Assembly: GCA_025786725.1 (NCBI GenBank) | Contig: JAHLTZ010000032.1 | Span: 1 to 64,000, forward strand | Length of the DNA: 64,000 bases | From: Syncephalis fuscata S228 | Taxonomy: Eukaryota > Fungi > Zoopagomycota | Reading direction: 5' to 3' | Part shown: in pieces, positions 11,616-25,485 of the stretch | Layout of the letters: every line of letters begins with the position of its first letter | How positions within the stretch are numbered: position 1 is the stretch's first letter | Made by a program: the position numbers and the translations under genes | Notes under the pieces: model-generated | The model's database searches: none | The model's input: only the letters and a program-made list of their open reading frames with translations | Told to the model about the DNA's origin: nothing

Positions 11616-12713
11616 GGTTCGTTCGTTTTAAATAGACAAGTGGCTTGAAATCTCAGTAGTAAAGCAAAGTGATGGTTAGATTGACAAATACAAGTGCGAG
11701 TAGACAGAATGGAGTGAAACAATAGTTGGAAACAATAAAAGTGCACATTAAAAAGTCACACATGTTTCTAGCGACCTTTATAAATGCTCGTCCCGACATC
11801 TTGCTCGTTGGCTGACGTGGACATCGACGTGGATGGGGTGCACGCGGATGTGTCGTGTGTTGTACATGCTTGCAGCTTGGCCTCTTCCTTCCTTCCTCCC
11901 TTCCTTAATTCTTCAATTCTTCCATTCTTCTTTCTAGCTCATGTGGAGAACGAATGACGTTGCACTTCCATATGACATCCAATAGTGTGCCTTGACCGAG
12001 CGTGAGATAGAATAACTTCTTACTATTTGTTGCATGGCCCGAGCCTGATGCTCGCTTGGGTTTAAACCAACCAACCAACCAGCCAGCCATTTCTGATAAG
12101 AAATACACACAGACTTGTCTACTAGAATTCAGATCATGCAGAGCTATACTCAACTTGGTCTACGTTTTAGCCATTGATTATCATTGGATTAAGAAGCGAT
12201 AATCTCTGCAGTCCAATTCATCGTCCGAGTCATGGTATATTGCTGCCAATCAGCATTATGGTTAATAAAGGGTATAATCGCCGAGGATTAGACTGGCCAT
12301 CCTGGACATTTGCATGACACTATATAGACATGGTGCACGGCGGCCTTTGAGTTCACGTGCTCATTTATTTAGCATCTAATTCTACACGGCTTGTAGGCAG
12401 ATGTTTACAAGTCGACGACCAGATAATTAATTGCAATTACGGATCTGGCCATTACTGATCGTGATTTCAGAGGCTTTTGGAATGCAAGCGAGTAATTAGG
12501 ACAGATAAGGCAATAGCTTCCAATGCGAGATAGATGCCACGTCATTGGTGTTCCCGTCTAGACTGAACACAAATACGACACATATCATGGGTCCATTTCT
12601 CTTGTTGCAAATCATTGCCTTATTCTCCTCTTTCACAGCCCATAGCTGATTTGTCCACACAGTGTGATCTTCACTTCATTATACATAGCTAGCCGCCCAT
12701 TCCCTTATTCACT

Positions 12714-13685
12714 ATGGCTTATCCACCTCCAGGTAATTAGAGCAAGCATATGCGCGGTTAGACTGTTGAGACAGCCAACAGCCGTGTTACAAAAACACTT
12801 TATTAATTGTGTTTATGTGTGCTTGCTAATCTAGGACATGGACCTCCAGGCGGTATGATGCCACCTGGTGCCCCACCCGGTGCTGATCCACAGCTTTGGA
12901 GTTGGTTCCAAGCTATTGATGCGTAAGATGCCGGCACTTGCTATGTCGTCGACTGTCTACTAATAGATGATATGGGACAGTGATCGAAGTGGTCACTTGA
13001 CGACCGACGAATTGCAACGGGCCCTGGTCAATGGTGATTGGCAGCCATTCAACATCGAAACAGTGCGTTTGATGATGAATCTGTTCGACAAGGATAATTC
13101 AGGCACCATTACTTTCCATGAATTTGCCGCTTTGTGGAAATATATCGAGGACTGGAAGCGTTGCTTTGTCAGTTTTGATCGCGATCAATCTGGCTCCATT
13201 GATAGTAACGAGTTGAAACAGGCACTGTATCAATTTGGCTATAATGTAAGCGACCGCCTTATTGCTCAAACCATCAAAAAGTTCGATCGACGCGGTAAGT
13301 GACACGTTCAATCGACCCATAATGGGTCTGTTTTCGATCTGATTCAACTAACAGGGGCAGATACGCGTGTTGATATGAATAAACTTAAATTACAAAAACA
13401 ATCAGGCAGAGGTGATGTAACGGTAAGTAATAAAGAAAATTGGAATATAACATGAATTGGTGCAGTTATAACTAATGGCCTGTATTTTGGTCTAGTTTGA
13501 TAACTTTATTCAAATTTGCGTGACAATTCGCTCTCTTACTGAGGCATTCCGCAGCTTTGATACCGATAACGATGGATGGATACAAATCGACTACGAGCAG
13601 GTAAATAAATTGCAGTTTTTATCGACATGTTTTCTAATTAAGTGTTTGTTAGTTCCTTCAATTGGTTATTAATAACCGCCGTTAA
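12714..13685 (+). CDS. Penta-EF-hand calcium-binding protein (PEF1/peflin/ALG-2-like), copy A
   Basis: Pro/Gly N-terminus, QLWSWFQAID, DRSGHLTTDELQRALVNGDW, DKDNSGTITFHEFAALWKYIEDWK, FDNFIQICV; includes a 17-nt exon. Confidence 0.92.
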
Positions 13686-14406
13686 ATCCTACATTTTGTT
13701 GAATGAAATGAATAAAGCGCGTGGTATCAATATTATATATAGCAACATAGATATAATAGTGTATTGAAATTAATATTTAATAATACTAATAGCTTTTATA
13801 TTTCCATTGATTTAATTTATTGCAATCATGAACTGCCGCTTTATTTCAATGATATGTTAATGGTTATATGTAGATATTATTATAATATTTACTTGTATGA
13901 ATTAACTTTTACTATTTTCTATGACATAGCCGACTTGGATCAATTGACTTTATTATTTGCATTTTGCCTGTTACTTTGATGTTATCGTTTTGTATAATCT
14001 TTGTAAATACTGTTTAATAATTACTAAATTATACAAACTATTGTAATCATTTATAATACATAGTATGAAAACTTTTACTTTTAGTAATAATACTGACAGT
14101 TAATACTAGACTGTTATTGCGCATAATAATTCCAATTATACAGTTTTTTTTGCTTTTTTGGTCTTAGCCTATTTATTTTTTGCTCAGCTATCGCTCCTGC
14201 GGTTGTTTTGGCATATAGAAATGTAGCCATTATTATTTGCACTCATATTCTGTTGCAATTTATTTTAAAATAAATCAGTAAAAGAATAACAATATTAGAT
14301 ATAGCTATATTTAATAAAATAAAAGGCAGTATCAAAAGTGTGACAATGTTTACTAATCTAAACACATTTATTGTGAATGATAAACATATCTTTGTCTCGG
14401 CAAGAA

Positions 14407-15425
14407 TTAACGGTTGTTGATAACCAATTCAAGAAACTAAACTATTGCTCAGTATACTGCTCAATGTAAATAATAGATTGCAACTTACTTGTTCGTAGCT
14501 GATGTACACCCAGCCAACACTATCCTTATCAAATTTGCGGAATGATTCTGTAAGTGTCTTGATTGTCACACATGCTTGAATGAAATTGTCAAACTGGATT
14601 GACAAATAGATGGTGCAATGATTAGTTATGCACTATAGAATACAAATTATTGAAAGCTTGTTCTTATCACTTACCGTTACAGTGCCGTGACCTATTTATT
14701 TAATTGATAAAGTCATGGATTAATAAATGTAAATAAATGCCATTATACAACTTGCCATGTCGGTCATATTTAGTAATCATCATATGAACCAATCGGTCGT
14801 TTAAATTGTAACCAAACGTTAACAATGCTTGTTTCATTTCATTGCGATCAATGGTGCCAGAACGATCCAAGTCAAAAGACTGGAAGCAGCGTTTCCAATC
14901 TTCAATGTATTTCCAAAGACCGGCAAACTCGTTGAAGCCAATACGACCATCGTTGTTCACATCAAATAGATTCATCATTAGACGTACTGTTTCAATATTG
15001 AACGGCTGCCAGTCGCCGTTAACCAACGCTTGCTGTAGTTCTTCGCAGGTGAGTTCGCCATTGCCATCCCTAGTGTAACCAATCAACAGTTGATATTAAT
15101 AAAAAGCGGCTGATTTAGCAAAGCAAAATAGAGTATTGCTTCAACAAGCAGATGAGCTGCTACATTCTGCCAAAGCTGCTTACATATCAATTGCTTTAAA
15201 CCAGGCCCATAGTTGAGGATCAGCACCTGCGGGTGGACGAGGTTGATTCCAGCTTCCAGGCCCTATTCAACAATCAAGGTTAGATCGAGTTGGCAGTATT
15301 CTTGTTCATCTGTAGTCAAGAGAAAAGTACGCACCGCCAACGCTGCTAGGTGGATATGGGTTTTGATTTGGTGGATAGCCGCCACCTGGAGGACCACCGT
15401 AACCAGAGTAACCGTAGCTAGACAT
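14407..15425 (-). CDS. Penta-EF-hand calcium-binding protein (PEF1/peflin/ALG-2-like), copy B
   Basis: MSSYGYSGYGGPPGGGYPP..., ELQQALVNGDWQPFNIETVRLMMNLFD, FLELVINNR*; same intron layout as copy A. Confidence 0.92.
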
Positions 15426-16164
15426 CGAAAGAGCGAGAGATGAGCCGAGAGAAGCGAGGAATAGACAGAATGATGCAAGTAGAGAAGAAATGGACTTTTA
15501 ATGTGAAATTAAAGAGTTGGCCAACTTTTTGAACTAAAAAGTACTCATCCGGCTATAATTGATGGTTGGTTATTATTATGGTGCCTTAGATGCCAAGAGT
15601 GCAGTTTCTGCCATCACAGTCAAGTGCTGATACGCACAATCCGTAAGCTGGGGCGGTCCTTGTTAATGATGTTTTGTTTGTCATATTGATTAAATGGGCA
15701 CAAAACTATGACTTGCAACCAATACACGCGTACTATAGTTATTATCCAAATAAATATGACGTAATGCAATAATAGTACAAACGGTACCAGCCGTATGGAT
15801 ACCCGTATTGGCGTGTATAGACTAAACAAAGACATGCTCGATTTGCTATTTGGGTAAAAAAAACAACGAGTCTACTTAACTATTTCCTATGTCTAATATG
15901 GTTGCATGTTAATAAACTGTTTTTATTTATATATAAGGAACAAGGCCAATGTTGTTCAACTACAATGCTCTAAATAATATTGGCACTGCTTTGCGATATA
16001 CTAATTCAATGGCAACTACACATGACTTGGACCTTGCATGGTGGTTGTTATTTTGCCGCGTTCAGGCCGGATCATAACAGGTTTTGGCAACATTCGTTTA
16101 GTTATTACAATGAATGGATATTTGAATGGCTTCCAGCAACTCCTCCTACTACCTCCACTCTACC

Positions 16165-18080
16165 ATGCTCCGTTTTGGCCTATTTAATTTATTGATTAAT
16201 TTAATAATAATAATACATATTTGGTTATTATGTTTTTCGCAGTCTATATCTGCATTGGTCGCGTTTCAAGTGGGCAATCAAACCAACAACTTTACAACCT
16301 ATGATTTTCTTGAGGCGAAACAAACAAGACATACGAGTCGTGGCGTATTATTAATACCAGAGTTTGATGCTAGAGCCGATTGTAGGCTAAAGTATCCTAA
16401 CGTCGATTTTATCGATCCATCACTCAATGTAAAGTTGCAGCAATACACTGGTACAGGCAAAGTTGTAGTTGCCATTAGTGCCATTAGTGCAGCAAAACAT
16501 GGATGCCGTACTGCAATGCAGGTAAGCGATATTGTTTGCTATTGATAATAATTAATCTAAGCTGTAGACTTATAGGTTGGCGTCGCTTGCGATGTATTTT
16601 GCGAGGAGTTAAAGAAGGCGGGTAGCTTAGCATTTGATACTGCAATGTATTTATTGGAACAGGATCTTAATGATCTTCCTGGGCCACCAGCATACTTAGA
16701 ATATGCTTCTATTGTGCCTTATTTGTCTGGTGGTTCGATTAAAACCAATGTAGCATTGCTGCCGATTAAAGACTTTTTAAAAGGCGTTAATAGCAAGGAT
16801 TTGTCTAATGAGCTGATCATGGTTGATGTAAAACAAGGTAATTATGGACAGTGGCATACAATAATCCATAGTTAAATTATATGTGTATTAGAGGCTGGAC
16901 CATGGGATGTTATATATTCATCCCGCGGGTATATGGCTTATAAATATATTATAGTGATTTTAATTGTCTACTTTATAAGTCGCAGTATATATATTATATT
17001 CCAAATGATACGGTTTGGAAAATGGCCTGCGCTCCAGCGTTCAATTATTTTTGGGTTTTCGCTAATTGGCTTAGTTTGTAAGTGGCAGGTTATGAGTATA
17101 GCTGTAGTCAAAGCATTAATATTATACAAACTATAAGGCTCAGTGCCTATGCTTCTTTTGGCTCGCGATACATTAGCTTCTGTTGTTTTATATCTTATAA
17201 CTAAATTCAGTGGCATTATTGCATTCCAAGCCTTTCTTTTATTATGGTAATTGTATTATTTTAAAATTGGACAATTTAAATTAATTTACATTGCTGATAT
17301 TAGGCACTCGCTTATTGTAAAGGTACATAATACCTGGCTCGTTAGAAGTCTATATTATTGCATTTGGATGATTTTCATCCTACTTTCCACGTCCAACATT
17401 TTACATGTATTATCTGCATTTGGTGTAGACATTATGTCTCAGTCACAGCTGTTTGAAGTTGGAAATACAATATTTGCAACTAGATCAATGCGGATCCTTA
17501 TATTTGGCTACTTTGGTAAATATAATGTGCATTTTATTCAAATTGCATTGTTAACAAAAGCATATTCAGGGTGGATTTTATGGAAAAAACGGCATATGGC
17601 AAATGCAAACACAGCAGCATTCAAAACATTAACACAGGTATGTGTAGATAGTATATAGCGTAGTATTTACTAAATGGCCAAATATTACTTATTTAGATGA
17701 TTCAAATATCTATTATATTTATGTTGAGTCTCTTGGTCCACATTATTGCTCAAAGTATGATGCGATATCGTGGTCGACGCTATAGGCCAACCATTGGAAT
17801 TACTCTTGATATACTAGCTCAAATGGCACAAATGGCGCGCTTTGCTACCATGGTACTTGTACTAGACACATATATAAAGCAAACCAGAGTTTACGATGCC
17901 GACTCTGAAATAGTCCTCACAAATAATCTTAACATAGTGCCAAATTTGCAAAATAACAATAGCATAGTTGACGTACAAGACAATCAAGAAGTTTCAACGA
18001 ACAACATTGATACAATAGAATCACCTATCGATCCTAATCCTGGATTTCGGTTATCACTTATTGAATCAATCAATAAATAA
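16165..18080 (+). CDS. Multi-pass membrane protein: signal peptide, extracellular (PA-like) domain and several TM helices (receptor-like)
   Basis: ORF fragments 16126-18080 join through GT-AG introns; hydrophobic N-terminus, GPWD motif at the domain junction, then a series of hydrophobic helices. Exact exon borders and start are uncertain. Confidence 0.6.
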
Positions 18081-18162
18081 ATTTGTAATGTTAACGTGAT
18101 GAAATTATAAAGTATTCAATAATACTAAAAATAAAAACAACTAAATAGTTACATTAAATACT

Positions 18163-20318
18163 TTATTTCGCTTGATTTCGATATTTTTGGATATATACCA
18201 TGGTGGCTATTAATGATTGACGCTCTGTTGCTGATATATCTGGCAATGTGCTTGCTAACATAGTGTCTGCCTTGCGTTGATTTGAAATTAATTCATCTAT
18301 CAAAGCATCATTCCAGTCAATTTGTAATGATGTCATTAGTACATCAAGACATGGTGTTACTTGTCGAACGAATTGGCGCGCAATCCGTTTGTTATTTGGT
18401 AATTCTTCAGTGATTGTCGACCATCGTTGAGCAATCCATCGACTTAACCGAGCAATACCTTGACCATCCTTAAATGCATCCCGAATAACTGACTGAGATA
18501 AACAGTGAATTATTGCTGGACATAGCCAGGTATTGATTGAAGCCGAATTCAAGGCTATATTCGTTTCTTCATCTTCTGAAGCCGGTTTTGTTATTTCATT
18601 TGGCGGTGTTAGCAGCTGTATCCATAGTGGGATAAGGCAGACTGTATTGGCATGCATCGACTCATCCTCGGCCAAAAATATACAGAGTGCACGTACACTT
18701 GCTAGTACTAGGTTATCATGACATGCTTGGTCGAGTGATAATTTCTACAATGATGTAATATTGTTAAATTACAAAATACTGTTAATGTTTAGCATATTTA
18801 CCACTAATTGATCATCCAAAAAGGCCAAAACTGCCTCAAATGTTTGGTGTAGTGTCTTTTGCAGTTGTAATACTTGTTCAATGTTAAATACGCCTATATG
18901 CCACGCCTGTGAATCTATCGAATTGTCCTCACTGCTTTCAATTAATTCTAAATTTGTAGCAAAAAAGTGAATTATATGCTCTAAAATACAGAAACATGCC
19001 GGTAATAGTCGTTCAATTCGTTTTGTTTTTGTTTCTATTTTGGAAGCCGCAGTTTCTACGTTTCTTATCAAAGCCAATTCATCCACGCCTAGTCTGGCCT
19101 CAATACCGACCAAGTTTACAGTCAACAAGGCAAGCTGCGTTGCTGACATATTTGATTCGTTACTGCTTGCTTCCGATACAACAGGCATAAATAGCCAATT
19201 GTCTCCAAAGTGCTCCATCATACCGGCTGCTAGCAAGATGGCATCGTCTCGCGCCTCAGAGGCTATAGTACTGTTAATAAATCAATGGCTATTTGTGTAA
19301 TTATCCTACCTGATTTACTGCCTAGTATTTGACCTAGTAGACATTGCAAGCTACAAACAAATGCCCCATAAGCATTTTTATTTGTATTCAACAAGCGAAT
19401 AATCTGCAAATTCATTAATAAACATTTAGTGCCAAATTAGTACTTACCGCAGTGGGCATTGTGGACATTGCATATGCCAATAGTTGTAATCCTTCGATTT
19501 TACGCTTATCTGTTCGTTCTGCACACGTCTTTGCCAGTTGTGGCATCAAGTGACACAGAAATGTGGCCACTCGATTGATATCTCTACCTGATTTTTTATC
19601 TAAATTGATAGTTGAAAGTAAGCATTGCTGGATAACTTGAAATGCCCGTGATGACACATCGTCTATTATATTGTATATGGCAATTAATTATAAATGTACA
19701 ATACTACAATGTATTTACCTAAACCGTTTATCCATTGATTAATTACTGGTTGATATACATCAACATGCCACATCCAGCGGGCACCTTGTAATGAAATGGT
19801 TGCCCGTACAAATAGTTCTAGAATATCAATACGCGCCTCTTCCGCTTGATCTCCTTCACTATTAAACTATAATATTAACTACATGCTATAATATTGGCTG
19901 TAATCAAATCTATTACCATTTATCTAACGCATGAGCAAGTGACGGAATACGTTCCAGCATTGATTTCTCTTCCAACAAAGTAGAGTCGGCACGAGCAAAA
20001 AACGTCAAAACGTTGACAGCTAGTGATCGCATCAACACTGCATCGTCTCCACCATCTACGTGTTCATATCAGCATTTTATACAGCTGCTCTACTCGGTCA
20101 TACTTACCGGAACGTAGTAATCGCTCGATAAAGGTCTCGTCTATGTGGAAAAATGCTGTATGAACTTGTTGCTGATTGGTAGCTTCTAGTAGACGAGGCA
20201 GCATCAGCAGTGCTACAAATCGTTCCTCATCGCTGCTAGCCGATTGCAGCATGTCTAAACAGCGTTGCAATTCTGCAGATAATTCTGCTAGATTCGCTCG
20301 TGTTATATCGTCACTCAT
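18163..20318 (-). CDS. Neurochondrin-like armadillo/HEAT protein, multi-exon
   Basis: N-terminal ELQRCLDMLQSASSDEERFVALLMLPRLL...FIERLLRS, plus LALLTVNLVGIEARL and ASVRALCIFLAEDES, all typical of the neurochondrin family. Confidence 0.75.
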
Positions 20319-20439
20319 GGTAAGTTGGTTTAAAGATAAAAAAGAAACGCGGCGTGCCTGATTCGCCTCATTCTTGTTTCTGCCATCTGATCTATTTTCC
20401 GTCTTTTCCTTCGCAAACCAACTGCATCTTCATATCGTG

Positions 20440-22863
20440 ATGTCGGATACTGAATCCATGGAGATTAGCACGGGAGACACGGCAGTAATTGCAGACTCGG
20501 AACCTATTACCTTTCAATTTGATAGTAGGTGCAAGTCAATAGGTTTGTAAAGCATGTAGACTAATACTTGACAATGTACAGTACTTTCCTTTGTTCATGA
20601 GGCGCGTAATACATATGGATTGCGCCATGAAGATTATCAGCGGTATCGGTAAGTTATAGGCAATTGCTATCTATTGTATGTTAATAACAGGCAAAATAGA
20701 CAGTATTGTGCGCGTAAACTACAAAGATTGCGAAAGGCGCTATCATTTGTACAGACCAAGGGACGGAAATTCCACAAACGTGTTGTTGAGGAGAATGTAC
20801 TGACCGATGTTCGGTAAATGGATTGAAGCTGTGATTATAAAATTGGCTAATATTATAAGGATAGTTTTCTGGAATTGGCACTTGTTGACTGTGAACGTGC
20901 ATGGGCCACTGCTATGGAACTTAAAGTGTATGCGCGTGATGAACCGCGTAAACAATACCATATGATTCGTCGTCTACGCAAAGCGACAGGATTGGCACAA
21001 CAGTTTGTTGCATTATGTAATGTTGACTCAGGACGTGTAGATGTCCGTACAGCTTTAGATGCAAAGGTGCGTTGTGAAAGAGAAACGGTAGTAATGCGAC
21101 ATTGTCTTATAAACATGGATTATAGGCATATGCTGCCTGGATTGAGGGCATACTTCATGTAGAACAGCGGGCCTGGCAATCAGGACTGAATCAACTTACG
21201 GTAGCAAGGTAGAAATGGCTATTTTACGTATAATCTTTATTGGTTTATTAATCGGCACAATTTAGTGTTATTTATGAACGTATGGCACAAACAGGTACTG
21301 CTTACCAGGAGAATCTATGCCAGGCAATGATGGATCAAATCGAGCCCAATATTCGTTTGTGTATCTATCATCTTCGGTTAAAAGAAGGCGAGCGCGAAAC
21401 AAAAACAAGAGAGACTGCAGCTATCTCGCGATTACCTGAATTGAAGCAATTACAAACCAGTGAATCGGTAAAAATATATATATTAGTATTTGCAATCTGG
21501 TTAATATAAGTAACTATTTAGAGAGTATCTTCAGCTGATGTAATTACAGATACATTTGAATGGCGCAATTATACTATGCCATTGATTAATGAACAGCTTC
21601 GTACGGCTCTGTCGCAAATACACGAAGCTGAAGCCAATTTCAATATTAAAGATATTAATATCAACGATGCTGATGTTACCAAGACGGCTATGTCGACGTA
21701 TAAGGCGGTACTGGAGGCCTATACTCGCCTGGAGCGGATAGCTCGTCGATTAGTGAAGGAGGACGAGGTATGTGTAGTTTTATGTAGAAATAGAATGTCT
21801 ATCTAACAGTAAAATAATATTGATATTTATTACACTATTTAGGCATCGAGTGCCAAAATAAGATCATCAAAATCTGAACAGCGTAGTTTAGCACTACGTC
21901 GTATACATGATTTTGCCGTCTATCGTCGCTTACAACATACAATTCACCGTCAAGCAATATTAGCATCAGCGGTGGAGCACCGTGTTAAAACACAACAGGC
22001 TGAACCATCGCTAGGCTCACGAATGAAACGGGCAAAGTGGAGTGACGCTGTCAAACTGCAAGGCGATATTATTCAGGCAAGTATCAAACTGAATTAGATT
22101 TGATCACAAAAGTCTAACTTTAATTGTTATTGTAGCACTGTGAGGTCATTTCACGCCTCCTCACGGTAAAAGATGACGTTGCACTGACTCAGGAAGTTGA
22201 GGCCTCAATTAAATTCTATCGTGCGGAGCTGTAAGTTATTAGTAATGCCAGCTAATTCATCCAACTCATACACCACGTACTACTAGTTGTCGATACGTGG
22301 TCGAGGGACACGCCCATGAACAGCGATTCTCTGAAGCATTTGCACTACTCGATCGTGTTCAAGAATATTTGCGACAGGCCAAATCGGATAAAGTAGAAAC
22401 TATTGACAAAGATGCTTTATTCTCTGCTGAATCATTAAAAGCTACCGAACAAGCGGTGTGTGCTACGCAACTACGGTTACAAGCCACTTGGACAATCTAC
22501 AGCAATCAAAAAAGCCCAACATTGTCGGATCAAATGGCAGCACTTTCTCTTCAAAATGCCGATAATGATAAAGCCCCGTCCACTTCAATTAAGGTAATTT
22601 AAACAATAACGTTTATACATTTAATAGCCATTGCCTCAATTAACATATTATCATTTGTTATATTTTACGACTAGACTGGGGTATCAACGCATGAAACATC
22701 ATTATCTTTTCCTCCAAATATGCAACCGGTATCTGTTAAGCCGGTATTCTTTGACCTCGCACTAAACTACATCGACTACGATGCCGATACAATTGCTACA
22801 CGGGGTGGCAAGAAGGGCCAAGGCATAACCGGTCTACTTGGCGGTCTGTGGGGTCGCAAATAA
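20440..22863 (+). CDS. SRP68: Signal recognition particle subunit SRP68, multi-exon (one GC-AG intron, 22077-22135)
   Basis: YGLRHEDYQRYRQYCARKLQRLRK, ERAWATAMELK, HMIRRLRKA, IEPNIRLCIY and C-terminal KPVFFDLALNYIDY...GLLGGLWG. Confidence 0.92.
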
Positions 22864-23289
22864 ATAAAGTGTGTTAATACTTGTTATTAATCCAGTATTT
22901 AACGATGACCGAGTTTCAAATGGAAGTTTCATGTTTTAATATTATTTTCTTAATGAACAGGTAAAACTGGTAAAATTTAACATTATGTATTTGTTGTTTA
23001 TAAACAATATACTATATTTTATATGGTTTAAAGTTCAAATAGCTAAATTTAATAACAGTTAATTTATGGAACATGGTATTAATTGGCGAGTAACATTAAT
23101 GATCAAGCTATTCATTATTGTAAATTTATTATTTAGTATGCATATACCCGCTATCCATTCATATCATTCCTATTGTATATTTATTAAGATAAATATCATT
23201 TTATTTTATGCTGTCTGCTTGCTATTCAAACTGTTGGTTATTTAACTTTACATTTATCATTGATAATTTCAACTTATTTTGTCCATTAA

Positions 23290-23460
23290 ATTATATGCAT
23301 GTTGGATATATGCATGCTGGGTAATAAATCTACAATGATGAGTATTTTAAGCTTTGCTGTCATTCACCACCCATCATCACGTTCCATATAGCAATTATCT
23401 AATTTAATATGCAAATATGATCAAATACAATTAATTACTACCAAATCATGCTAAAATACG
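23290..23460 (+). repeat. Dispersed repeat fragment, homologous to ~39350-39625
   Basis: tatatgcatgctgggtaataaatctacaatga...tgtcattcaccacccatcatca versus tatatgcatactggataataaatctataatga...tgtcactcaccgcccatcatca; a second block ccaaatca..ctaaa also aligns. Confidence 0.65.
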
Positions 23461-24383
23461 AATAAACCAAATAATTAATACCTTTAATAATACATCACAA
23501 ATATAATCGTATTCATAGAGACAAATAGTATTTATCAATGGCTCCTTCCTTATAATGATTTACACTTATTGCAGTTACTTATATGGTATTATAAATATTT
23601 TATATTGGCTATTGTTGTTATTATTCATGCCCCGTTCTCGCTCCCCGTCTCTTCAGTTCTATTTTCTATGTCCTATGCAGACAAACTTGTTTCATGCACC
23701 TGTTTCATACTGTTACATCCATAACCGACACACACACACACACGCACACACACGCCTTCTCTCATATTCATATTCTCCTTTTCTGTATCAGCGATATTGA
23801 TGGTGTAGGGTGGTGAGCGTTTCTTTTCACTATAGTTGTTGTCTTTATTTATATAAAGTTTCGTTTTGTATCGACACCGCCGGTAAAGAGACCTTGACTC
23901 TTCTCTACGGTAATTTATTTTATTAACATATAGCAGCATACCCATTGACTTTTGGTTGACCGTAAGTATTTACATTTAATATACTATATATCATATAAAC
24001 GTTGTAATAATTGTTATATATGTATTGACAGTAAACATTGCCACTACCACGAACCTTATCACTATAGCCAGACTCAGCCAATCCATACATTGCAGTTGCT
24101 CTACAACCAACAACTACAGCAGCAGCAATAACATATCCACAATAGCAACCATAACAACAATAACCATAGTCATCACCATCACAATAGCAACTATAATAGC
24201 CGTAACACAGCTATTATCGACACAATACCTACCATAAACAAGACTGAGTAGTCATTGATAAACATTGTTATAAGATACAATTGCGGGAATTTAATGCCCA
24301 TATTTTATAGGTGGTCAAAACAGCGACTATTGTAGTCAAGGCGTAGTGGCAATTCAAACTATTATTAAATAAATACTATTTTG

Positions 24384-25448
24384 ATGCATCAACCAGCAAC
24401 TGTGGCCTATTTACGGCCTCATTCACAATATCATCCACGGCGGGCCTCACCTTTAAGAAATTCGGTCATTGAAGTGGTAACAGGTGTCACCACAGAAGAT
24501 ACAGCAGCAGCAGCTACAGCTACGCCTCTCCATCGACGTACTCACACTGAACCATATGTATCCATTAGTGGTCGTCATCAGCATGGTGTAGCAATTAGTC
24601 ATCCTGCTCAGGGACAATTACTTGGCATGGAAGAGTTTGGATTTGCCTCTAATAATGATAATACACCTGATGTGTCTTATCTGGATATTCTAAAGGCCCT
24701 TGATGATCCTTCACCACTGCCTTCTATGGAATTCAACATAGGAGGTACCGATAATACAGCTACCGGATCCGCCTTATCTCCATCACCATCGTCTTCTTCA
24801 TCATCATTGGTATCAAATAATAATCAATCAACATCTGTTGTTAGTTATCTAGAAGCCAGTGAAGCAGATGTCGGCAAAGAAGACGAGGACCGAGTAAAGC
24901 GAACACAACGACGCTTAACCTTACAACAACAGCAAGTGGCACGGGCCTTTTCCATGTCAGCTACTTTCTCCAAGAAAAAAAGAATCGGGCCACTATTCAA
25001 ACCGTACCAGACGCCATTGGAATTATCCGTTCCGTGTCTGAATCAGCCGTCAATACTGATAAGAAGAAGAAGAATAGCCATAGAAATACGATGGGACATT
25101 CATCGGTAACTGGCCTCTCTACTAAACCACCCATAGTCACTATTCCTCAACGACAGTCATCGATGAGTAATTTACAATCGAGACATGTCAGTTTACCGGC
25201 CAAGTCTCAATCACCTAATTTTACGCCCCGTCGATCTTCATTGTCAAACAAACCACTGGTGGGTCAACGTACTTCTTCTTTAGGACAGAGCTCTGTGGCC
25301 AGTCAAAGTAGTGTCTCGGAACTGGCCAGTGATTTGTTATCAGAATTGCAAGATAGTATTATGTCTAATAGTGATAGCCAGGAAGACATGGACAGTGAAG
25401 GTGAAACAGGCAATATATTAGATCAATTGAATCAAGAAGAAGAGGAAA

Positions 25449-25485
<37 letters not shown>

